From Octopus vulgaris (Eukaryota), in NCBI GenBank assembly GCA_951406725.2, contig OX597817.1, positions 123,194,001-123,258,000 on the forward strand: a DNA stretch of 64,000 nucleotides, read 5' to 3'. Made by a program: the position numbers and the translations under genes. The notes beneath the pieces were generated by a model that saw only the letters and a program-made list of their open reading frames with translations, had not been told where the DNA came from and made no database searches. Below are positions 54,261 to 64,000 of the stretch, one piece after another. Positions within the stretch are counted from its first letter, which is position 1. Every line of letters begins with the position of its first letter.

Positions 54261-54411
54261 CACAACCACTCCTATGCCTAAAACAACATGGGATAGCTTC
54301 TGCACCCAACTCACTTCTATTTCTTCCCGAAAATGAAAATGCAGCTCAGAGGTCACCTTTGTAACATCATTGTAACATCAGTGAATCGCAGAGGGTCCTC
54401 AACTCACTTAC

Positions 54412-54483
54412 TGAAAATGACCTCCAGGCCGGATTCCAAAAGTGACACAAACGGTAGTACAAGTGTTTTCTTGCGCAAGGTGA
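54412..54483 (-). CDS. candidate upstream exon of the same gene (72 bp)
   Basis: CTCCTTCGAAATAG| acceptor, CA|GTAAGT donor; open in all three frames; phase 2 gives HLAQENTCTTVCVTFGIRPGGHF. Confidence 0.5.
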
Positions 54484-54624
54484 CTATTTCGAAGGAGATG
54501 ATGTTAAAACTTAAGTAACTAAGTTATTTTTTATTAAGCATAGCTAGTCCTGGATCTTTTTGATACCACCTCGTATGTGCGTCTTCTGATTTGTCTCTCG
54601 CTTATTAACAGCGGCTTATTAACA

Positions 54625-54782
54625 GTGGCATTTTGTCTGTATTCACGTTCTGAGTTCAAATACCGCCGAGGTCGACATTACTTTTCGGGGTCGATAAATT
54701 AAGTACTAACTGAGCACTGAGGTCACTGTAATCAACGTGCTTCTCCACAAATTTCAGGCCTCGGTGCTTAGAATAGAAAGAA
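54625..54782 (+). mobile_element. SINE family A copy
   Basis: GTTCTGAGTTCAAATACCGCCGAGGTCGAC...GGGGTCGATAAATTAAGTAC. Confidence 0.7.
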
Positions 54783-55489
54783 AAATGTAATGTAGTGAGT
54801 TGAAAAACTCAGAATAATTGGGACGTTCATCTTAATCAGAAAACAAAAACTATATTTAATGGTGTTTAAAATCTAAATGCGACACGGGAGATTACTCATT
54901 CATTTGCTATTTTGAAAAATAACATGATGGATAGGAGTAGATCTTGTCTACGAAGCCAAATGGTGAAAGCAAGAGATGTATGTTTTTGATCTTATTGGAT
55001 CTCAATAGAATAACATTCAGAACTTGCTATTTAGCCTGACATTGCCTAGAACTAGGACAACATGTATTCCGAATACGACCGTTCGTTTTTGTTTCTTTTT
55101 TTATATATAATTAATCCATCCTTGCTTTATTAAAACAACAAAATGTGATTTTGAAGAGATATCCTATTATTTCTAACAGGTTGAGTGACCACATAAATGC
55201 TCTCCCTCGTTAGCTTCTAATATATCCAGCCAATGGTAGCTAGAGACATGGTAACAATTCTTTGCTAAATTTCCCCCAATTTTCACATTTCTTCTAAAAA
55301 TATTAAAAGAAAAAGACAAAACTGATTCTGCTGGGCCCTTCTACATCACCAGTCTTATATAGCTTAATTGATCTAAAACTAAACGACGACAACTGATAAT
55401 GTACTTGTAACAGTAGTTACAAAGCACCATAGGGTATCTATGTCTTCTCGCGGTTGCACAGGAATCTAAAACAATTAGCGTATGAAGGC

Positions 55490-55732
55490 GAAATGCTAGA
55501 GTAAGTGGGGAGTCATACAGACCCACAGGGGCGGTTTTCCGCTTTCTGTGGGCCATACAATTTCCCCTTGCGCAGGACACCGGTCCGTCGCAAGATAGCT
55601 CATTTTAGTCAGCTGAGTGAATTCGAACAATGGGAAATGAAGAGTTTTGCTCAAGAACACAAGGTCCAAATATCGAAACCATGATCTTAGGATCATGAGT
55701 CCAAGACCTTTACCGCTAAGCTATGCACCTCC
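55490..55732 (-). mobile_element. SINE family B-related copy
   Basis: GGAGGTGCATAGCTTAGCGGTAAAG...GGTTTCGAT...TTCTTGAGCAAAAC. Confidence 0.65.
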
Positions 55733-56392
55733 ACACAGACACACTTACACATACATACACACACACTCACACACAGGTATATGTATACGTATGTGCACAT
55801 ATTGACGTACATTACATATATACATAGACCCATGCACGCACCCATATCTATATACATATGTACGTGCTTATATAGATATATGTATGTTCAATAAATATGT
55901 CTGTGTCTTTGTGTGTGTATGTGCATGTCTTTGTGTGTGTATGTGTATATGTATGTATATACTTTACATATGCACATTCGATCACACACTTATACATACA
56001 TATCTAGTTAAAACTCAGAATTCAAATTGAATATCTTTATTTTACTAAAAGGTTATTAAATTGTATCTCTTTCAAAAAACATTCACTATTTTAACTTTCG
56101 TGTCCATAAATTACTTTAAAAATCTTTCCTCAACTTATTCACTAAAGCTATATGATTCTATGCAACTTATTGTATAAAGTCATGTAAATGGTTGATTACA
56201 TTTTGTCTTAAACCATTCTATAATGAATTAGCATGGTCTTGTTTTGTATTCTATATTCTGTATATTTCATTTCAGCATTGTTCCACGAGAATTTCTAAAA
56301 CAATTAGTGACATGAAATCATATTGCTGGTAGCAAAATGTAGTTGCATGTATTAATCTCAATTATAAACATGAAAATTATCATTACTATATT

Positions 56393-56433
56393 CATCATCA
56401 TCATCAGCATCATCATCCTCATTATTATTATTA

Positions 56434-56518
<85 letters not shown>
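56393..56518. repeat. (CAT)n/(ATT)n microsatellite
   Basis: Directly visible. Confidence 0.95.
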
Positions 56519-57169
56519 GTAGCCTTAATTAAATGCTACAAGGAAACTTCGTCTGACGATCTAAAGTTTCCGCAAATGCACAACAATTTAAACTATTTTA
56601 TGTAGATGCAAAGTCTCAGATTTTAGGAAAGGTAACAGTTACTTATGTCAAACCCTGCACTTGGTCGTACTTTATTTTATCGACCACGGAAAGATATAAA
56701 GGGAAATCATCCAGGCGGGATTTCAACGCAGATGTAAAAATCATTCCATAGGGCATTTTGACTAACTCTATAATGATTCTGCAATTCCATTTGCTTAACT
56801 ATAATAATAATAATAATAATGATAATAATAATAAGAATGATGATGATGATGATGATTTCTTTTATTGGTCACAAGGGTCCAAGATATGGAGGACAATATC
56901 AAAGGGCATACAAAACATGAGTGGTTTAGATTGATCAGAGGGATACACTGCAGCATTAAAGAATATAACTAAAGATATATAAATAAAAGTTTGAGAAGTG
57001 GCAAATGAATAAATGGCCTCCCTAATTGTGAGGCAGTCCACTTAGGGTAATTCGATGTAGACCTCACGCAAAAGTCCCGTGTTACTCTGCCGGTCACAGA
57101 GCATGGGAAGTGTTCTCCTCCAGTGCACTAATTAAAATTATGCAGTAAAGCCACGCTTCTGTCATGAAT

Positions 57170-57468
57170 GACAATGGGATTTCACTTAGAAAGTTCCCCT
57201 CAAAAGCACAAGTCTGGGCAAGATTGTTTATAGAAGACCAGCAGTCACCCATGCATATCAGCCTCTTCTCTTTACGGTATTATTCACCGGAAAGGTAAAG
57301 TCCAATACAGCTTGGCACTAGTGACGTCGCAACTCATTTCTATAGCTGAGTGAACTGGAGCAACGTGAAATAAAGTGTCATACTCAAGAACACAACACAG
57401 CCAGGTCAGGGAATCGAACTCACTACCTCGTGATTGTGAGCCCGACGCTCTAACCACTGAGTCATGCG

Positions 57469-57470
<2 letters not shown>
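57170..57470 (-). mobile_element. tRNA-derived SINE with extended tail
   Basis: GCGCATGACTCAGTGGTTAGAGCGTCGGGCTCACAATCACGAGGTAGTGAGTTCGATTCCC head with A and B boxes. Confidence 0.78.
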
Positions 57471-57523
<53 letters not shown>

Positions 57524-58084
57524 TGTATACATACTACTTTATAACCCAATGTATGTATGCTACTAAGTACAAAAGGGAATTTGTTGCACGGATCTATGAG
57601 CTGTAATTTTCTAGTGATGGTGTATGTTCATTCGTCGGATGTTTGCAGTGTGCGCTCACAGAAAGAAAATGTGTGTTTTTGGCATTTATTACTGATGTTC
57701 GTCTATGTACAACAATGTGAGGTTTGAAAAAATAAAGAAAAAAAACATATATTACTTTTTAAGGAAAATGAAATAAATAAGCGTTTAGTCTGCACTACAT
57801 AAGAAAGTGGAAGGAGAATGATTAAGGTATATGCTATGTCAGTTTGTCTACAAGGAGCCTGCGTCTAGTGTATAAATCGATAAATCAATGTTAATAAGTT
57901 GATACTATGTCACTTTTATATAGACAGGAAGAATAAGATGTAACTACCGAGAGAGTTCCAGATGTAAACATAGTTACTGGGCAGCGACTAGTTTCTTTAA
58001 ATATTAGTTTCGTAGAAATGTGATGACTTTCTGCTTGCGTGCATGTGTGTGTGTGAGAGTGAGTGAGTGTGAGAATGAGAGAGT

Positions 58085-58125
<41 letters not shown>

Positions 58126-58253
58126 TGTAATATGACTATGATTCATTTTGCCTACTTTCCTCTCTTTTCAATTTATTTTTCATTTCCTCCTTCAATTTTA
58201 TTTTCACTTAAGAAGAGAGTTGATGTATATAGGTATGTGCGTGTGTGTATACA

Positions 58254-58308
<55 letters not shown>

Positions 58309-58364
58309 ATATATACATATATATATATATACATATGCATATACATATACATATATATATACAT

Positions 58365-58404
<40 letters not shown>

Positions 58405-60440
58405 GTATATATATATATACATATATATACTTATAAATATACATATATATATACATATATATATATATATATTTACATGTGTACTTACGTATAACTTATG
58501 TATGCATGCATGTATATGTATATATATATACATATATATATACGTACATCAACACTTCCTAATACTTTTAGTGAAAACGCAAACTTTTAATGGATGTGCA
58601 CATGCACGCACATACGTACACATATATACATACACATACACACTCACCTATGTATATATGTACAATATGCATAGATGTATGTACATATCCGTACACATTC
58701 ATTCATACATCTGTGTGCGTGTGTGTGCTGTTTTAAATATAGATCAACTTATTGAAAAGTCAATATTTGATGTAGCAAGTGACTGTGAGAACTGATCAAA
58801 ACGATTGCTTTCTAGTGTTTCCGATAAATACAATATTCTCATACTGATTTGGAGTGAAGCTCAACATAAGACACACGATGTTGCTAAAGTGCAGAATTGT
58901 TAAAAATACATTAAAGACCCCTTCTGACAACAGATGACATAGAATTCGAAATATAGTAGCGACCTGCAAACTCTCGATGTGCTTTATGCCTAATATCATC
59001 TTAGTTCCTTGGAGTTTGCATAATACTTCCTTCTCTCAGGTACTCCGGATATACATAACTTTTTTTGTAGTACATATTGTGTCTACTCCCCAAACCTCAC
59101 ATTAACTTCTGCATTTAGTTCTTCCAGCTGTTTTTCCTCCGTTCAGTTGTCCAAGTAGAGTACTAATCACATCTACGCCAGCTTTCCGGCAGTATCTGCT
59201 ATAGCCATGGTCGTAATCCCTTCTTCAAGAGTATCCTATCAAAAAACAAAATGCAAATATATACTGGACAAGTTGTAGCCTAATCTAGAACTGGTAACCA
59301 ACTATTCCTCAAAGCACATCCAAACATCTGTAAGAAAATGTGTTTATTGGTAATGTTAATCCAATACAGATTATGTCTGATAAAGAAAAGGCAGCTTACG
59401 TTACGACGAAAATCCGTTTGATTGTGTGCCCACTTAATCAGTCCTGGCCTAAGTTTTAGTAATTGTACGATTTTAAAGAGACATGTACCCGGTCACTGAA
59501 GCATACGTCATCATTGACACACTGCTCTGTTAGTACTCGGATACAAATTACAGCCCACTCGATGCATTTTCTTTTATTAACTTCTGATTTTGGTCATCCA
59601 CACCATGGTTAGTTTAAATATCGATGATTAAATCTAACTGAAAATCTGTTAGACACATGCGGACATAGAATATTGGACGTAAAAATAACCAAAATCGAAA
59701 AAAAGCAAAACATTGAATAAATATAGATTATTTTTGTATTTAAAACATTTTGTTTTTCCCCCCAATCTTCAGAAATAATCTTGAAATATCTCTTTCCTTA
59801 ATATATTCTGTATTCTTTAACCTAATCCCATTATTTTATTTCCTATTCAAACTCAAAACGCCGATAGCTAAATAATTATGTTTTTCATTTTATTATCCTC
59901 CGAATTCAATGACACTTAAAGTAATGCTATGAAAGAAGTTTGGAATATAATGGATAAAATATTATGGATGGAATTCGTCTTCTCAAAATTTTGTAATAAA
60001 CTTCTGGTAGTTAGTTTTTATTAGTATCATGTGATTCTTTCCCATCTTGGAATGGCAAAAGTTCAAGAGACATATTCATTGTGTTGACTTTTCTTCTCTG
60101 TGGGTCAGATCAGAAGTAATGGAATATGTTTAAATATACTACTTAAATTAACTACATCAGCCTGTCATGAAGAGAAATGTAGGTTTATGTAAATGTCCCT
60201 AAAAAACGTAGTGGTATATGTTCCATTTTGCATATACATCTACACACAAAAGATACATAGATTGCATTGCTTATTCGCATTATTCTCAGAAGAAATCTGC
60301 TTGTACCATTTTTGCTGTGCCTTAGATAATAAAACTACTTTGCTAGCTTTTTGCCTTATCTTTTTAGTAGTTCTGTAGACACAAACTTGTTTGCATGAGA
60401 TGACTGATACTGCACACTTCGCAGTGATTTTTCTTATCCG

Positions 60441-60561
<121 letters not shown>

Positions 60562-60599
60562 GTGTTAAATTCTATTTGGTTAAGACATGATTTCGGTTA

Positions 60600-61700
60600 A
60601 ATGAAGGTCGCGCAAGAATAATTACTTGATATTATTACAATTATAGCTCCAGCACTCACGAAATTCCATTCTTTGATGATGAAGTAGAAAATATAAGATG
60701 TTCTCTAGGAATATGTCACAGGTTCACTTAAAGGGCAGCTGCAATTATATTCAGCTCTAAAACTCGGTTTATTCCATCAAACTTATTGGGATAAATGATA
60801 ATGGGAACCTTATATTATTTGAAGTCCTATACTTCTACCATTTTAATAGGAATATTAAGACGAATTTTAATACCACTACCACAACCACCAACAATGACGA
60901 TAATAATCGTTTCCTTATTTGCCCTCCTCCCTTGCAAGAGTTTGAGGAATGAAGAAAATTGTGAAGAAATTTTAAATAAGGATTTACAATGAACAAAGGT
61001 GTAGCGTGCGATCGATGGGTAATATAAAGACGTGTAATGGGTAAAAGACATTATACAATGTATAAAAGGGCAAATTAAAAATCGACCTCNNNNNNNNNNN
61101 NNNNNNNNNNNNNNNNNNNNNNNNNNNNNNNNNNNNNNNNNNNNNNNNNNNNNNNNNNNNNNNNNNNNNNNNNNNNNNNNNNNNNNNNNAACTGAGCAGG
61201 TTTAATTCTCACACAGGAAATGTGGTCCGAATCGATGGAACAGAAATATATTCGCTGAAGTAACCAAAATCTTTGTCTTGGTGTTAAATCACATGATGAA
61301 ATAAATCTATCACCCATGAGTCAATTTTACTATCAAAGCTATAGTATGTATGTATGTATGTATGGCTGTGTTTATGTGTGTATGTGTCTATATATATATA
61401 GATGTTTATAGATCAGTTTTAACAACTTGATCATACATATAAGTATTAGATGTAGCTTAATTTGGGGGATTAAAGAAGAAAAACAGCATTCATCACAAGA
61501 TATCGCTGTAAGCTAGCCAGACTTATAACTTCACCTAATGATTGAAGATGTTTTCTTCACAATAACTAGCTTCTACGAATAAGATAAAAATACTTTTGTT
61601 TTCCAACTTCAATCTAAATATTATAAAAGTAACAAACTTTACAAGAAACAACGAGAATTTAGAAAATTATTATTAATATTACCACTATGCCCCTTAAGAC
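60600..61700 (+). mobile_element. Penelope-like remnant spanning the assembly gap
   Basis: FNRNIKTNF (PLE linker) near 60840-60870; IWGIKEE..LARTYN-like GIY-YIG C-terminus near 61460-61530. Confidence 0.5.
61090..61189. other. assembly gap (100 N)
   Basis: Run of N. Confidence 1.
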
Positions 61701-62911
61701 TGTTCAACTTTTTTACGATTTCACTAAATCAAATTAAGTAGCGATTTTTTCTATTTTCTTTTACTTTACAGTAAAATGTATTTCAGATGAATTTCCATCA
61801 AATTTATTTCTCCCAGGAATATATCTAAACATTTCAAAGGAGATATTGAGATGAGTACATTCTCGTATTTTGGTGGATTACACCTGTAAATCCCCCATTT
61901 TTGCATGTATTACTAGCACAGTGAATTTTTTTTTCTTCTTTTGGTGATCTAGTAAATACCAGAACAGTTCATTTATATTAAGTCATATATATTTTTGAAA
62001 ACTTATATATAACTTTCATAAATATTTCTGAAACTTTTATAACTTCTATAAAAATTGACGAGGTGAAATTATAGTCTACTTTTACTGTCGCTGTAGTACT
62101 AAACATATTAAAATGAATATGTATGTATTCTGGTTAATGATACTTTCAAAGAGAAAATGAAACCTTGAGGATATAATAGGAGTGAAATTTTAATTTGAAA
62201 TGTTACCATGCTCGACTAAAACAAGAGCAGTGAGTATGTTCTGAGACGTCTGCACTCACTGATTAGTTTAAGTTATCGGTGTTCGAAGCCAGTATCTCGG
62301 TGAGGTATATTCTAAATATCTGTTCATCTGGGAACAATGAAATAAGTGTTCGTTGTTATCATTACTGATGTTGTTGTTTAGCCCCAGGTAAGCCTTGATT
62401 AAACCGACCTGTAATTGAATATATACATATACATGTATGTAAATGAGTACGTTAGTGAGTTCACATGTGCGTGTGTTTGTTTGTTTTTATGTATAGACGT
62501 TTATGTGCGTAAACTTATATACAAACATGTTTATATATATATTTATATATATAAGAAGCATTTGTCTTTTTATGTAAGTTCATGCATATACACGCCTATA
62601 TATAAATGCAAACACAGACGCACGTACATGTACACTCACGAACGCACTCCTTTATGCAGTAATGCAATGAATGAAACAATGCCTGTTAGTGCATTATCTC
62701 ATTCATTATATAAATACGAGGAAAGGTACTTCATGCCTAGAGTAGTATATAATTTAATCGAAGTTTTGTCTTCACTAGATCCACCATTGATTACGATTTG
62801 TGTGTGAGTGCGCATGCCTGCTTGCATATCAAGTAAAACGTAAAGAAACAAAAGATCCGCACAACCAAAGTTTACGAAGTATATAATTATGTTCTGAGGA
62901 AGAAACAGGTG

Positions 62912-62952
62912 AGTATTTAACGTTTCGGCTAGTGGTACTTCATCAGGAACAC
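62912..62952 (-). ncRNA. type-I hammerhead-like motif with intact core
   Basis: GTGTTC-CTGATGA-A-G..C-GAAA-CG-TT-AAATAC; stem II weak. Confidence 0.55.
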
Positions 62953-64000
62953 AAAATACATAAATGAAAAGAAAGGTAAGTGTAAAGCTGCTGCTGTTGC
63001 TGCTCCATACTCTTGCTTGAGGGGTTGGGGTCATCACAGGTTAGTGGTGCCAGAGTCATCACTATGTGTAGAACCGAACAAGTCTACTAGTGCTCCCCAA
63101 TGTTGGCATTCCTGTGCCAGCGGGGCCTTTGTAGGGGCCTCTGTGTAAAGCAGTGTTTGCTATTTGAAAGACAGCCCGGTGAATATAAAACTAAAGTGGA
63201 TAGAGTGAGTGCGTGCAGTTTGGTGTTTTACAAATAAAACAGTGTAATCGGACAGAGATATTCGAGATGTGTCAGTCTGATAAGTAAACGCACGCACGAG
63301 AGAGAAGCTCCTCTATTTTTCAGTATAAAAAATTTTATATGTCTACATAGAAGTGTGGGTGCTACTTTAGCGAGCGCTCTACCACAGAATCCGTAGCCTA
63401 TGCTGTGAAATGAGCTCATCTGCCTACTGAAACTTCAGCTGGTTTTGTGACTATTTATAGTATGGATTTATTACCTGTGCTTACCTTTGAGGATTATAAT
63501 TTTTATGAATATGACTTGTATGATTAAATGTAAGTCAGTAATAAATTCTTATTCAATATTATTCAACTTGGTTTTTATCATCATGCTATATAAAGTTATT
63601 GAGTTAGAGGCAGATCGGACGATAAAGTGGTATAGAAAAGTAAGTTTGTTTGTGTGTGTGTGTTTTGTTGTGTGAATGTGTGCATATGAGCATTTACCAC
63701 GGAGTATTGTCTACAATCATGCATACATATACATATATATACATGTATATCTGTATGTGTGCGCATGTATTAGACACACACATGTATTATATGCATGTAC
63801 ACATACAACGTTACGCGCATACACGTATGCATATATGTATATATGCTTGTATGTATTGCAAACATGCATATACGTATGTACATTCATACACACAGATCGT
63901 ATCCCGCTGATCCACCAAATGATCTACATACTTGTTGAATTATTGTGTATGTGGCATAGAATTTTCTGATATAGTTACACCTTTAGTGTAATCTTGAAGC

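Noticed and set aside
63092-63130. Possible HDV-like ribozyme (GGCATTCCTGTGCC)
   Set aside because: Folds as a simple hairpin; no P1/P2 pseudoknot partners or catalytic C junction found

Overview
AT-rich eukaryotic genomic DNA, very likely an octopus (cephalopod), judged from the dense (TA)n/(CA)n/(CATA)n microsatellites and tRNA-derived SINE families. Almost all ORFs in the supplied track are microsatellite or transposon artefacts. Most of the window is decayed mobile DNA: Penelope-like elements (PLEs), R4/Dong-type RLE LINEs, a CR1-type LINE, Tc1/mariner/pogo/hAT transposons and MITEs, three Helitron ends, a 1.3 kb solo LTR with an ATAT target-site duplication and many SINEs. One spliced host gene can be assembled on the minus strand (six exons, 54483->46523, canonical GT-AG, consistent phases). 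Its product resembles, by eye only, a very divergent B9-type C2 domain (MKS1/B9D2-like). The most notable unannotated signal is a set of about eight minimal type-I hammerhead-ribozyme-like motifs, most with an extra base after A9. They sit in short non-coding units next to (TA)n tracts, and two form a head-to-head pair in a ~98% identical 445-bp inverted repeat (32996-34132). All homology calls were made by eye and need database confirmation.
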